Assembly: GCA_965215335.1 (NCBI GenBank)
Contig: CBDCDA010000001.1
Location: 320,001 to 384,000, forward strand
DNA from: an uncultured Candidatus Entotheonella sp.
Lineage (GTDB): Bacteria > Tectomicrobia > Entotheonellia > Entotheonellales > Entotheonellaceae
Direction of reading: 5' to 3'
DNA: 64,000 bases
Shown: one piece after another, positions 10,845 through 21,130 of the stretch
How the letters are laid out: each line of letters opens with the position of its first letter
Numbering within the stretch: the first letter of the stretch is position 1
Program-made: the position numbers and the translations under genes
Notes under the pieces: model-generated
Told to the model about the DNA's origin: nothing
What the model saw: the letters and a program-made list of their open reading frames with translations, nothing else
Databases searched by the model: none

Positions 10845-12833
10845 TCATGGCAAGACAATCCGCCTTGCTGCTTCGATCTGGTTTGCGATTGTGGTGACGG
10901 CTCGATAATCCTGACCCTTCCAGTATAAGGTGCCTTGGTCGGAATAGATGGCAAACAAGGGGAGGAACGGCTGGCCTCCCACACCACCTAGTTCCGGATA
11001 ACTTGCGTCCCGTTGAAAAGTCTCAAAGATTTCATCCGTGTCGTAGATTTTTACAAGTACCGCTTGCTGTAAAGCATTGTTCAATTGGTCATTGCTTTCT
11101 GCCAGGCGCTGAAAGGCCTTGCAGTTCGCACACCAAGTCGCATAGAAGTCTACAAAAAGAGGCTTGCCCTCGGTCCTGGCTCGCTCTTGGGCCAGTGGAA
11201 AGTTCCGCAACCAGCGAAGATTCCCGGAAAACTCCACTTGCGAGGCAGTTGAATCCTCGATTCCTCCTTCTTGTGCAAGCCCCTCTAAAGTGGCTATTGG
11301 TTGGCCTATTCCGGGCACCGTGATCAGAATTCCCGATTGACCTAAGCCATTGTAGAAAAAATGCACGCCCACAATGAGCATAAGGATCCCCAGGATACGC
11401 CGGACCAACTGGCCTTGTGGTGGTGCATCCCCCAGGGAATGAAACAACCCAAGAAAAACGGCAAGCGCGATTGCCAGTATTCCGACAAGGATGGCATGAG
11501 CAATGTTCGGCGGCACAGCCGCGGTTTCCATGGCCTTGAGATAGTAAACATAGGCAACGTAGAGAATAGGAATGCCGAGGAGAAATTTGACCTTCACAAG
11601 CCAAGGACCCGATTGTGGCAGTCTGTTACTGAGCATCCCGACCACGAGAAAAGGTATCCCCAATCCCATGCCAAAACTTGCCATCAGGCCAATGCCACGC
11701 AACGTGCTTTCGGCCGTGCCGATATTTCCAAGCAACCGGGTACCTCCCGCCTGACCAGCAATATCAAGCAGAATGGTTCCCGCAATCGGCCCGACGCACG
11801 GAGAAATGACGAGACCCGCAGTCGTCCCCATCAGGAAGGTCCCAAGGAATCCATCCCGTCGGTTTGCCGTGTTGTCCAATCTGGCTATGAGTGGTGCAAG
11901 AAATTGAAATTCATAGAATCCAAGCATGCTGAAGCCGAAATAGGCGAAGATTCCGGCAAAAGCAAGATTCACCCATGCGTTGGTCATAAGGGCTGAGAGG
12001 GCTGTGCCTGTTGTAGCCGCGAAAACCCCGATCAGGGTAAAGAAGAAGGTGATACCCAAGAAATAGACCAAGGCGTTCAGTCGTCCCAGGCGTCGTGACC
12101 CACCCCCTCGTGCCATGAGTATGGCAGACGTGACCGGAATCATGGGATACACGCATGGTGTCGCCGAGGCGGCAAGGCCAGCTAGAAACACCAGGAGAAA
12201 TACCATGGGTAAATTGGCGAAATGACGTTGGAAGAGTGCTGTCAGTCGTTCACTCAGTGTGAGGACGGGAGCGGATTGTTGGGTGATATTCGCCAAGGCG
12301 GGGGCGGCGTTGTCGACGGCTATTCCTTTTGCGAAATATAACGGAAAGGTTGTAACCTCTGGGGGGTAGCAGATATTCGTGACGTCGTTGCAAATTTGGT
12401 GGTGTAGTGTTGCAGAGAAGGTGCCTACTGGTGGCGGCAACATGTCTTCGGCAGCTTCCAGCCGGAATTCGAACGCACCGCCGTTTCGCAGCACCGTAGC
12501 ATGCACAATGTCGTCCTTGGTGCCCAATGGACGAGAAACCTCACTGACTCGAAAACCACGCGTCTCCAGGGAATCAAAGGCAAAAGCCAAGGGGATAAAA
12601 AGTCCCTCGTCACCCCTGTCCAGGTACCCGTGGTGATCCACGGGGATATGCACATCGACTCGAAATATCGTCAGACCCGTCTGTCTGTCGACCGTGAAGT
12701 CACGTCCTTGGACTACGACCTCGGGAATTTCGGGAAGTGTGTCCTCCAAGGAAAGCTGGGATTCGGCAGGCGTAACAACCAATTGGAAGACCAAGATGCA
12801 ACCCGATAGGAGAAAACACAGCAGCAAATGCAC
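10845..12833 (-). CDS. dsbD: DsbD-like thiol:disulfide interchange protein (N domain, TM domain, thioredoxin domain)
   Basis: signal peptide; CNDVTNICYPP; TPCVYPMIP and SPCVGP in the TM region; DFYATWCANC thioredoxin motif; GTG start after AAGGAG. Confidence 0.85.
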   Translation of the reverse strand: MHLLLCFLLSGCILVFQLVVTPAESQLSLEDTLPEIPEVVVQGRDFTVDRQTGLTIFRVDVHIPVDHHGYLDRGDEGLFIPLAFAFDSLETRGFRVSEVSRPLGTKDDIVHATVLRNGGAFEFRLEAAEDMLPPPVGTFSATLHHQICNDVTNICYPPEVTTFPLYFAKGIAVDNAAPALANITQQSAPVLTLSERLTALFQRHFANLPMVFLLVFLAGLAASATPCVYPMIPVTSAILMARGGGSRRLGRLNALVYFLGITFFFTLIGVFAATTGTALSALMTNAWVNLAFAGIFAYFGFSMLGFYEFQFLAPLIARLDNTANRRDGFLGTFLMGTTAGLVISPCVGPIAGTILLDIAGQAGGTRLLGNIGTAESTLRGIGLMASFGMGLGIPFLVVGMLSNRLPQSGPWLVKVKFLLGIPILYVAYVYYLKAMETAAVPPNIAHAILVGILAIALAVFLGLFHSLGDAPPQGQLVRRILGILMLIVGVHFFYNGLGQSGILITVPGIGQPIATLEGLAQEGGIEDSTASQVEFSGNLRWLRNFPLAQERARTEGKPLFVDFYATWCANCKAFQRLAESNDQLNNALQQAVLVKIYDTDEIFETFQRDASYPELGGVGGQPFLPLFAIYSDQGTLYWKGQDYRAVTTIANQIEAARRIVLP

Positions 12834-13071
12834 AAGTGCTCCTTACATGACGCCAATGCGAGATTATTGTTTTACACCATCATGTAGAACTCTTGGAAAC
12901 GGTAGGGAATTTCGGAGAGTGGCGAAATTCGCTTTTGTCTCTGCTGTCGCCGGGTTGGTCCTGGTGGTGCGTGCAAGACAAAAGAGACCTTGGCGTATCC
13001 TTTAGGTTGACCCCGATGACCGTCGTCGTTGGGAAAAAGGGCCCCTCAGTGACAAATTCAAAAACAAACCC

Positions 13072-13569
13072 CTAGATATCCTGTAATTCTCTGCGGACAC
13101 GGCTCAGGTATGGGTCGGCAGCCGCTGTTGCTGCCTGCGACGCTGGACAAGACGCGAGCGATGGGTCTTGCTTGCGGGCATGAGGCCGCCTCACCCACCT
13201 TGTGGCGAGCATGATAATCAAGCCGGCGCCGTTCAGGAGTGCGAAGGCAGGTAAGAGCCACACCGCCAAGGTGAAACCGCGCTTAGGAGGGGAGGCGAGT
13301 ACTTCTTCACCGCTGATGTTGATGAAATACTGCATGATTTCATCTTTGGACACCCCTTCGGCTATTTTCTGCCGTATCAACTCCTGCCATTGGCCAGCAT
13401 GTTCACTCGTGCAATTCAACAACGTGCGTCCCGGGCAGGCAGGGCTCATAAGCTCTCCAGCAATGTCTTGCCACACCGGTTCTTGCGCCGAAACGGATGT
13501 GTGCAGCGCGGTCAGCGCCACAACCACAGTGATGAATTGAGCGAAGAAACTGTTCCCTCCTAACACCAC
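13072..13569 (-). CDS. CcmH-like cytochrome c biogenesis protein (non-canonical Cys spacing)
   Basis: signal peptide; LMSPACPGRTLLNC; IRQKIAEGVSKDEIMQYF...GEEVLASPPKRGF followed by a TM helix; adjacent to dsbD. Confidence 0.75.
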   Translation of the reverse strand: MVLGGNSFFAQFITVVVALTALHTSVSAQEPVWQDIAGELMSPACPGRTLLNCTSEHAGQWQELIRQKIAEGVSKDEIMQYFINISGEEVLASPPKRGFTLAVWLLPAFALLNGAGLIIMLATRWVRRPHARKQDPSLASCPASQAATAAADPYLSRVRRELQDI

Positions 13570-13641
13570 TTACTCCTTACCCGGTCGCGGATTGATGATA
13601 GAGTCTCCAAAACCGTTGAACTCCTACGGCCAACGGGAGGA

Positions 13642-14346
13642 CTAGGTGGGCCAAAGCAGAATCAAACGACAATGGGGACAGGTATTGAGAGATGCCTGCA
13701 ACCGTATTTCGGAAACCAATTGTGGCTGAATTTTCAGATGGCAGCCGCCACACACACCCTCTTCGAGGTGCACGACAACGGAACCGCCGTTCTGCGTCGC
13801 CAGCCTTTCATAGACTTCCAACAACTCCGCATCCAGGCCGACGGCGGTCTGGCGTCGTTTCTCCCGTTCGGCCAGAATTTCCTGGTTCAGAACTTCTGAA
13901 GCCTGCTCCACGGCATGCCCTTGTTCCTGCAGGACATTGTGCGTCGCACGCACGCGTTGTTCCTGCAACCGCTTCGCCTGGCGTTTTTGCTCCGCCTGCT
14001 CCATGAGCTGTAGTAGCTGATCCTCCATGGACATCATCTGCTGCTTGCCGGCATTGATTTCGGCAAGCACGGCGCTGTATTCCTTATTGGTCTTCACCTC
14101 GCGGAGCTTATGCTGAACCTTGTCGAGGGCATCCTGAGCACTTTGCAGTCCCATCTCCAAGTCGTGCTGCTGGCGTTCATTGCGGTCGATTTCGGCTTGT
14201 ACCGATTCCAACTCCTCGCACGCCTCGTTATGGGCACGCTCAGGTGTCTCAAGTTTTAGCGGAAGAGCCTGATGTTTTCTGCACAGTGAACGCAAACGGT
14301 CATCGAGCTTTTGCAAAGCCGTCAAGAGTACCAACTGGCCACGCAC
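13642..14346 (-). CDS. coiled-coil protein with C-terminal C4 zinc ribbon (DUF164/CT398-like)
   Basis: LQKLD N-terminus, KTNKEYSA, C-terminal CGGCHL...CPHCRLIL; typical position downstream of rpoD; start 14346 (GTG with RBS) or 14367. Confidence 0.85.
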   Translation of the reverse strand: MRGQLVLLTALQKLDDRLRSLCRKHQALPLKLETPERAHNEACEELESVQAEIDRNERQQHDLEMGLQSAQDALDKVQHKLREVKTNKEYSAVLAEINAGKQQMMSMEDQLLQLMEQAEQKRQAKRLQEQRVRATHNVLQEQGHAVEQASEVLNQEILAEREKRRQTAVGLDAELLEVYERLATQNGGSVVVHLEEGVCGGCHLKIQPQLVSEIRLQASLNTCPHCRLILLWPT

Positions 14347-14395
14347 CGTCCATCCTTCCTTGTTCATGGATGAAACCAGATCACTTGTGGTCAGG

Positions 14396-14468
14396 TGGGC
14401 CCACCTGGCCTCGAACCAGGGACCTACCGGTTATGAGCCGGGGGCTCTTCCAACTGAGCTATGGGCCC
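14396..14468 (-). tRNA. tRNA with CAT anticodon, most likely tRNA-Ile2 (lysidine)
   Basis: reverse complement GGGCCCA-TAGCTCAGTTGGAAGAGC-C-CCGGCTCATAACCGG-TAGGTC-CCTGGTTCGAGGCCAGG-TGGGCCC-A folds as a cloverleaf; GGGCCCA stem and position after rpoD fit Ile2; the discriminator is followed by CCT, so CCA is not fully encoded. Confidence 0.9.
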
Positions 14469-14591
14469 ACTTGTCCTGGGAGTTGTTTGCTCCCGGAGCC
14501 TGGGTGAGTATCGTATAACTTGTCAAGAGAAACGAGAGAAAAGGGCCTCTTCCCGCAACCAGCACCGCCGGGCAGCACGGAATTGCCCGTA

Positions 14592-16352
14592 TCACGCATG
14601 CTCGGCGGAGTGTCGCAACATCCTGCTTCGACTGGGATGGCGCAGCTTACGAAGTGCCTTGGCTTCGATCTGCCGCACTCGCTCACGGGTGACGTCGAAA
14701 TCGTGTCCGACTTCTTCAAGGGTGTGCGCCATATCCACACCGATGCCGAATCGTTTGCGTAGTACGCGTTCTTCACGCGGCGTGAGCGTTTGCAGCACCT
14801 TGAGCGTCTGTTCCTTCAAATTCGTGCGAATCACCGATTCGGCAGGCGAGGTAATTTTCTTGTCTTCGATAAAATCACCCAGGTGGCTGTCCTTTTCCTC
14901 ACCGATGGGCGTTTCCAACGAAATGGGCTCCTTGGCGATCTTCAACACCTTTCGCACTTTGTCCACCGGCAAATCGAGGCGCTGGGCAATCTCCTCCGGC
15001 AGCGGCTCGCGGCCATTTTCCTGCACCAGCTGACGCGTCGTCCGAACGAGCTTGTTGATTGTCTCAATCATGTGAACCGGAATACGAATCGTCCGTGCCT
15101 GGTCCGCGATTGCCCGCGTGATCGCCTGCCGAATCCACCAAGTGGCATAGGTACTGAACTTATAGCCGCGGCGGTATTCGAATTTGTCCACCGCCTTCAT
15201 GAGGCCAATGTTGCCCTCCTGAATGAGATCAAGGAAATGCAGGCCGCGGTTGGTGTATTTCTTGGCAATGCTGACCACCAATCGGAGGTTCGCCTCCGCC
15301 AATTCGCGTTTCGCGTCGCGGTCCTTCTGCTGACAGTGGTAAACGCGCTGCAGCATATCCACGAGCTCTTCGCAGGTGAGACCAATTTCCGGCTCATACC
15401 GATGCACGATACGAAAGGCTTCCTGCACCCAGTACTCGAGACCCGAACATTCCGGCTGCGGGTGTTCTACGGCGGAACCGTTACAGGTCATCTGCGCATG
15501 GTGTTCGTGCATACAGCGATGGAAGACCTTCCCGTCACCATTAGCCTGCCGCACGCAAGAAGCAACGTTGCGCTCGCAGGCGCGCAGACGCTGCAACAGG
15601 CCATTGCTTTCGTTCACGATAATGTCAATGAGCTCGGCACTGAGATTGAGGTCCTTGGTCAACTTGGTGATGACATTGCCCAAATTTTTCTCTTGCTTGA
15701 GCAATTCCTTGCGTTGTCCGGCAGTAAGCGTGTCGGATTGTGTCTGCGCTCGCAAATTGTTGTTTTCGGCATAGAGTTCACGCAGGCGGTTGACAACCTT
15801 GTTCATCCTTGAATCGGACGGCATCCATGACTCTTCCGTCGTGGCACTTTCCTCTAACTTGAGATCGTCTTCCTCACTAACCACGCCTTGGCTGATGTAT
15901 CCCCTTGAACCGAGCTCCAACAACCCCCGCCCGACAAACGTATTGGACACGATTGTCTGCACAACTTCATTGTGCGCGTCTTCAATGCGCTTGGCTATTT
16001 CGACCTCGCCTTCACGTGTCAGCAGGGGAATAGATCCCATTTCGCGGAGATACAAACGCACCGGGTCGTCTGTCTTTCCCAACACATCTGCCGACAAATC
16101 GATCAACCGACCCTCGTCGATATAATCCACCGACAAGCCGTTGTCATGTGCAACGGAGGTCCTCTCGGATACGTTTTCAGGCTCAATAAGGTCCAGGTCC
16201 AAATCGCCAAACGTGATCAACTCGTCAATCTGCTCAGAAGACACAGCCTCACGAGGCAGAATGCTGCGCACCTCCTCGTAAGGAAGATGCCCCTCCGCCT
16301 TGCCCAGGGAAATCAACTGTTTGACTTCACCACGTCTGTCTTTCTTTGCCAT
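14592..16352 (-). CDS. rpoD: primary sigma factor RpoD (sigma70) with region 1.1 and non-conserved region
   Basis: [60 protein letters not shown]. Confidence 0.98.
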   Translation of the reverse strand: MAKKDRRGEVKQLISLGKAEGHLPYEEVRSILPREAVSSEQIDELITFGDLDLDLIEPENVSERTSVAHDNGLSVDYIDEGRLIDLSADVLGKTDDPVRLYLREMGSIPLLTREGEVEIAKRIEDAHNEVVQTIVSNTFVGRGLLELGSRGYISQGVVSEEDDLKLEESATTEESWMPSDSRMNKVVNRLRELYAENNNLRAQTQSDTLTAGQRKELLKQEKNLGNVITKLTKDLNLSAELIDIIVNESNGLLQRLRACERNVASCVRQANGDGKVFHRCMHEHHAQMTCNGSAVEHPQPECSGLEYWVQEAFRIVHRYEPEIGLTCEELVDMLQRVYHCQQKDRDAKRELAEANLRLVVSIAKKYTNRGLHFLDLIQEGNIGLMKAVDKFEYRRGYKFSTYATWWIRQAITRAIADQARTIRIPVHMIETINKLVRTTRQLVQENGREPLPEEIAQRLDLPVDKVRKVLKIAKEPISLETPIGEEKDSHLGDFIEDKKITSPAESVIRTNLKEQTLKVLQTLTPREERVLRKRFGIGVDMAHTLEEVGHDFDVTRERVRQIEAKALRKLRHPSRSRMLRHSAEHA

Positions 16353-16385
16353 AGTTGATCGGACCTCTCTCCTGGATGGCGCTTC

Positions 16386-18218
16386 TTACCGGCTAGCGGG
16401 TAACGAGAGATGTTGGGTATTCATAGCCTGCAAAACCGCCTGCTGCCTCTCCTTTACCAACAGCGTTGCTTGCTCCAACAGACGCTGTCGCTCAGCCTCG
16501 TCGCTCTCAGACTCGAGTCGCTGTTTGACTTGCTCCAACTGAAGCTTGTATCGACGTTGACGCATCTTTTCGAGACAATCGTGCATGACCTGAGCATCTC
16601 CCGTGGATGCGGGCGGCAGAGATTGCACGGCCATCTGGGTGAGAAGCATGTCTTGCTTGTCGCTCGCCTCGTCATGCAGCTTCTGGGACCAGCGTTCGTT
16701 CTCACCATATGGGGCAAACTGCAACAGGAGCGAGTAAACGCTGCCGAGGTCGGCATCCGTGAAATCGGTGGGGGCTACGTGGGAATCGACCTTGGACAGC
16801 AGTTCCGGCCGGTGATACAGCAAATGCACCAAGTCGTACTCCTCAGGAAACCGCCTCGTTACTGGACGCGACGGGAGCGGGTCAGCCTGCCGTCGCGAAG
16901 CCGGGGTACGATGTCCAGCCGTTCGCGCAAAAAGCTGTCGTTTTAAATCCTGCGGCGGGACCCCGAGTTTTTCGGCCAGGAATGCCAGATGGCCCCACTG
17001 CTCCACCTCGTTTTCCACCTTCCGCAGGAGGGGCACGATACCTTCAACAAAATCCCCACGACCGGCGGGCGTTTGCAGGTCAGAACCGTGCCGTGCGCGA
17101 GCCACAAGATAGGCCGGGAACGTCATGGCGTTCTTGACGCAGCCCAGAAATTCTTCCCCCGTGTGGTTCCGCAAGAAGCTGTCAGGATCCTCCGAGGCGG
17201 GAAGCGTCGCGATGCGCACCCGAACCCCCGCGTCCAGGAACAGCCCAATGCCGCGCTCCGCAGCCTTACCGCCCGCCGCATCGCTATCAAAAACCAGAAC
17301 GGCCTCCTTGACGGCGCCTCTCAATTGCCCGACGTGACGGCCGGTCAGCGCCGTACCCAAGGTGCCCACGACGTTCGTCACACCCTGCCTGTGGCAAGCA
17401 AGAACATCCGTATAGCCTTCAACGACGATCACCTGCTCATGCTGACGTATTGCCTGGCGCGCCAGGTGAAGACCATAAAGCGTTTGCCCTTTGTGGAAAA
17501 TGGGTGTCTCTGGCGAATTCAGATATTTCGGCCCGTTATCCTCGGCAGACTCGTCAAGCGCGCGTGCACCGAACGCCACTGGACGGCCCAACCGGTCGTG
17601 AATCGGAAATACGATACGATTCCGAAAACGATCATACACGCGCCGCTGCGGTTCGCGGGCAACCACAAGGCCGCCCTGGACTAGCAACGCCTCCGCGAAT
17701 CCCTGCTGCAGCATCGCCTGCCTTAAGGCATCCCAGGCCGGTGGGGCATAACCCAACTCGAAACGGGCTGCCAGCTCACCGGAAATCTGGCGTTGACGAC
17801 AAAATGCGCGCCCAGCCTCGGCAGCCGGGTCGCGCCGCAAGCCATCATGAAGGAAGGTGGCGGCGGCCCGAAGCAGATCATACAGCGACTCATGCCTATC
17901 CGGCTTTTGGGCTGTATGCGTCTCCGGGATATGCACCCCGTAGCGCGACGCCAACATTTGAATCGCTTCGGGAAACGTCAGCGACGCCTGTTGCATGAGA
18001 AAGCCCGCCGCGTTTCCTTTGGCCTGGCAGCCGAAACAATAAAAAAAACCCTTCGCCGGACTCACCGTGAACGAAGGGGTTTTCTCGTTGTGAAAGGGGC
18101 ACAACCCCTTATGGTTTTCACCCGTCTTCTTGAGCAGAACATAATCACCGACGACATCGGCAATATCAGCCCTGAGCAGGACTTCCTGAACAATCTCTTC
18201 AGGAATGTACTGGCTCAC
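16386..18218 (-). CDS. dnaG: DNA primase
   Basis: CPFHNEKTPSF...CFGC zinc finger, KYLNSPET, VEGYTDV, FDSDAAG, DPD TOPRIM motifs. Confidence 0.97.
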   Translation of the reverse strand: MSQYIPEEIVQEVLLRADIADVVGDYVLLKKTGENHKGLCPFHNEKTPSFTVSPAKGFFYCFGCQAKGNAAGFLMQQASLTFPEAIQMLASRYGVHIPETHTAQKPDRHESLYDLLRAAATFLHDGLRRDPAAEAGRAFCRQRQISGELAARFELGYAPPAWDALRQAMLQQGFAEALLVQGGLVVAREPQRRVYDRFRNRIVFPIHDRLGRPVAFGARALDESAEDNGPKYLNSPETPIFHKGQTLYGLHLARQAIRQHEQVIVVEGYTDVLACHRQGVTNVVGTLGTALTGRHVGQLRGAVKEAVLVFDSDAAGGKAAERGIGLFLDAGVRVRIATLPASEDPDSFLRNHTGEEFLGCVKNAMTFPAYLVARARHGSDLQTPAGRGDFVEGIVPLLRKVENEVEQWGHLAFLAEKLGVPPQDLKRQLFARTAGHRTPASRRQADPLPSRPVTRRFPEEYDLVHLLYHRPELLSKVDSHVAPTDFTDADLGSVYSLLLQFAPYGENERWSQKLHDEASDKQDMLLTQMAVQSLPPASTGDAQVMHDCLEKMRQRRYKLQLEQVKQRLESESDEAERQRLLEQATLLVKERQQAVLQAMNTQHLSLPASR

Positions 18219-18221
18219 TTC

Positions 18222-20549
18222 TTATCCTTCAAGTTCAACGACCGTTACGCCGCCACCCGCATCGCCAGCCTGAAAGCGTCGGACGAGGGGGTGGTGTTCA
18301 AGCACGGCGACAAGGCCCGCCCGCAACCGTCCGCTGCCGATGCCATGAATAAGCCTTACACGGGGAAAGCCTTGCAAGGAGGCTTCGTCAAGGTATTTCT
18401 CGACCGCGGGTATCGCCTCGGATAGCGTGGCGCCGCGCAAATGCAATTCGGGAGCCAACGATGCAGGAGGCGCCGACCATCCGGTGCCATTGGGACCGTC
18501 TCTCGAGACTTTCGCATTATCAGCCTCGGCGCGTTCGAGTTCCGAAGCAGCCACGATAATGGTCTTGCTGCCGACTTCGACCGCCACGCTGCCCGTACCC
18601 GTGACTGACGTGCGTAGCTGGCCCTTGATGTTGAGACCTCGCACTCGCACGTCGTCTCCCACCTGCAAAGACGGTGCAGGCCGAGGCGACGCCAGGGCAG
18701 GGGCCAAGGACTCAATCGTCTCCATGGCGTGCTGCCATTCTTCACGCGGAAAGGCAGCAGGCGTGCCGTTTCCAGACTGCTGACGGAGGGATCCCAAAAG
18801 GATGTCGAGTTCCTGCCTGGCCGTCTTGAGCAGTGCTTGGCCCTCACGAAAAAACACTTCACGAATACGCCGCTCTTTGGTCGAAGCGTCGGACAAAATT
18901 CGCTGCGCCTCAGCATGCAACCGCTCCGTCTCTTCTTGCTTTTGGCGTATGCGCTGCTGCTCATCATCCATGGCCTGACGTGTTGCCTCCAAACGAGCCA
19001 GGAGAGACTCGCCGCGCATCTGGGTCGCACCGGCCTCTTGCTCGGCCCGAGCGATGATCTGCGCTGGAAATCCCAGCTTCCGGGCAATGGCAAAGGCTTT
19101 ACTGCGCCCCGGCAGACCATGAACAAGTTGATAGCGCGGCTGCAGCGTATCCAGATCAAAATCGACCGCCGCACAAACAATATCCGGAGTTGCCATGGCG
19201 AAAGCCTTGATGGCGCTATGGTGCGTCGTAACCAACGTTAGCGCCTCGCTGGCATGGAAGTACTCCAGAATTGCCGTTCCCAGCGGTCCCCCTTCCGATG
19301 GGTCCGTGCCAGCTCCCAGCTCGTCCAAGAGCACCAGAGAGTCGCCAGACGCCTGCGTTGTCATGGCGTGAATGTTCTTCAGATGAGCAGAAAACGTACT
19401 GAGGTTTTGCTGCAGGTTCTGTTCGTCTCCCATGTCGACAAAAATCTCTCGGCACAGGGGGAGTTCACTCTCGGCGTGTGCGGGAATGTGCAAGCCGGAC
19501 TGAGCCATCGCGCTGAGCAATCCCACCGTCTTGAGCACTGCCGTCTTGCCGCCGGTGTTGGGTCCAGTAATAACCAATGTACGCTCCTGCGGCCCCAAAC
19601 GAACGTCAATCGGAACCGGATCCGTCAGCAGCGGGTGGCGCGCCGCGACAAGCCGCAACCGCTTCTCCGTGGTAATACGGGGGGCGATACCATGCATGCG
19701 CCGGCTCAGTCGGCCCTTGGCCGCAATCAAGTCGACCTCCCCAAGCAGTTGCAGCCCCTGCTGAATGGCGACGCGCTGAGTCGCCAATCTGTCGGTGAGT
19801 TCGCGCAAGACCTTTCGTACGGCCCGTTCCTCCTTGGCGCGGGTCTGCAATAAATGATTGTTGAGACCCACCACGCTGTCCGGTTCGACGTACACGGTGG
19901 CACCGCTGGCCGATTCCCCGTGCACAATACCCCGCAGGAGGCGACGGAAATCCGTCTTCAGCGGCACAACAAAACGGTCGCTGCGGATCGTCACAACAGC
20001 ATCCTGTACCACCGAACTGTGCGTAGCCATCAGCCTCAGCAAAGTACGGTGAAGGTGCTCGCTGGTATGATTCAATGTTTTCCGGATTTCTTGCAGGAGC
20101 GGGCTGGCGCTGTCACGCACCGCGCCTCTTTCATCTACAGCACTACGAATCTGACGCAGGAAAATGCTGAAGTCCGAGAGGGGAGCCAACCGACGTGCGA
20201 GGAGGGGAATGCGCTGGGAGTTATGCCGGGCAAATCGTCGGAGATGCTGAAAAACCTCGAGACAATCAGCCACTTCCAGAAGTTGTTGCCCTTCCAGGTA
20301 ATACCCGGCGAGTTGCGCCGCTTCCATATGGAAGCGGAGATCAGCGACCGGTGCTAAAGGCGGATCATCGCCAGCGGCCAGCAAGTCCGCCATTTCGGAG
20401 GTTTCGCGTAACTGGGCATCCAGCAAGGCCATATCCGCATGAGGTTGTAATTGCTGAGCCAGGGTTTGACCCACGGGCGTGACGGTGTAGGTCCGCAATT
20501 CGTCTCGAACGAGAGGGTAATCCAGCACCTCAACCGTATGTTCATTCAT
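18222..20549 (-). CDS. mutS2: endonuclease MutS2
   Basis: ITGPNTGGKT, LSTFSAH, LLDELGAGTDPSEG, TTH; C-terminal Smr domain (IHGIGSGRLR). Confidence 0.95.
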   Translation of the reverse strand: MNEHTVEVLDYPLVRDELRTYTVTPVGQTLAQQLQPHADMALLDAQLRETSEMADLLAAGDDPPLAPVADLRFHMEAAQLAGYYLEGQQLLEVADCLEVFQHLRRFARHNSQRIPLLARRLAPLSDFSIFLRQIRSAVDERGAVRDSASPLLQEIRKTLNHTSEHLHRTLLRLMATHSSVVQDAVVTIRSDRFVVPLKTDFRRLLRGIVHGESASGATVYVEPDSVVGLNNHLLQTRAKEERAVRKVLRELTDRLATQRVAIQQGLQLLGEVDLIAAKGRLSRRMHGIAPRITTEKRLRLVAARHPLLTDPVPIDVRLGPQERTLVITGPNTGGKTAVLKTVGLLSAMAQSGLHIPAHAESELPLCREIFVDMGDEQNLQQNLSTFSAHLKNIHAMTTQASGDSLVLLDELGAGTDPSEGGPLGTAILEYFHASEALTLVTTHHSAIKAFAMATPDIVCAAVDFDLDTLQPRYQLVHGLPGRSKAFAIARKLGFPAQIIARAEQEAGATQMRGESLLARLEATRQAMDDEQQRIRQKQEETERLHAEAQRILSDASTKERRIREVFFREGQALLKTARQELDILLGSLRQQSGNGTPAAFPREEWQHAMETIESLAPALASPRPAPSLQVGDDVRVRGLNIKGQLRTSVTGTGSVAVEVGSKTIIVAASELERAEADNAKVSRDGPNGTGWSAPPASLAPELHLRGATLSEAIPAVEKYLDEASLQGFPRVRLIHGIGSGRLRAGLVAVLEHHPLVRRFQAGDAGGGVTVVELEG

Positions 20550-20593
20550 TCATGCACCTGCGTAAGGCATGGAAAACAGATGTCAAGATGCCC

Positions 20594-20791
20594 TTAGATA
20601 CCGAGCAACATCCGAGCCTTTGCAGCCTTCTTCCGAGCCGCGATGACTTTGCGTTTCCGCTTCACGCTCGGTTTCTCATAATACTCGCGCTTGCGAATCT
20701 CAGACAGAACGCCTGCTTTTTCACACTGCTTCTTAAAGCGTCGAAGAGCGTTCTCAAAGGGCTCCGCTTCGCGGACTTTCACTGCCGGCAT
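20594..20791 (-). CDS. rpsU: 30S ribosomal protein S21
   Basis: [42 protein letters not shown]. Confidence 0.96.
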   Translation of the reverse strand: MPAVKVREAEPFENALRRFKKQCEKAGVLSEIRKREYYEKPSVKRKRKVIAARKKAAKARMLLGI

Positions 20792-20938
20792 ACGTATTGA
20801 ATCCTTCTTCAAGTAAGAGCAAAACAGCAACTTTGAGCAATGGTAAAGCAGCAGGGCTATGCCCATGCAGGCTACGGAAGAGAAGCCCTTGCACGATGGC
20901 AACGGCCGTCAGAATCGGAATGTTGTGCGTGGCTTCCA

Positions 20939-20966
20939 AATATACGTCCTGGAATTGGAGTGTCAA
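20939..20966 (-). promoter_or_regulatory. sigma70-type promoter of the rpsU-mutS2-dnaG-rpoD operon
   Basis: minus strand TTGACA-16 nt-TATATT, about 150 nt upstream of rpsU. Confidence 0.55.
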
Positions 20967-21130
20967 GGAAAGGGGCGGATACGACCGACAAAACCGACGG
21001 TCGAGATCGTTACTAAAGTGCGTTCACTTTGAAACCGAGAATCAGAGAGACCTTGTCCGGTTGCAGCAAGACGGAACGCACATCAAACCCTGACAACTTC
21101 TTTCGAGAGTCGAGCAACGCATGGGCGCCT

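Noticed and set aside
12834..13641. RNase P RNA, which I recall often lying downstream of the zinc-ribbon gene
   Set aside because: No GAGGAAAGUCC-type motif on either strand and the intergenic gaps are too short.
14500..14526. TTGACA upstream of the tRNA on the minus strand
   Set aside because: No -10 hexamer at 16-18 nt spacing.
18222..20549. mutS2 inside the rpsU-dnaG-rpoD operon
   Set aside because: As I recall, this arrangement also occurs in deltaproteobacteria-like lineages; not treated as novel.
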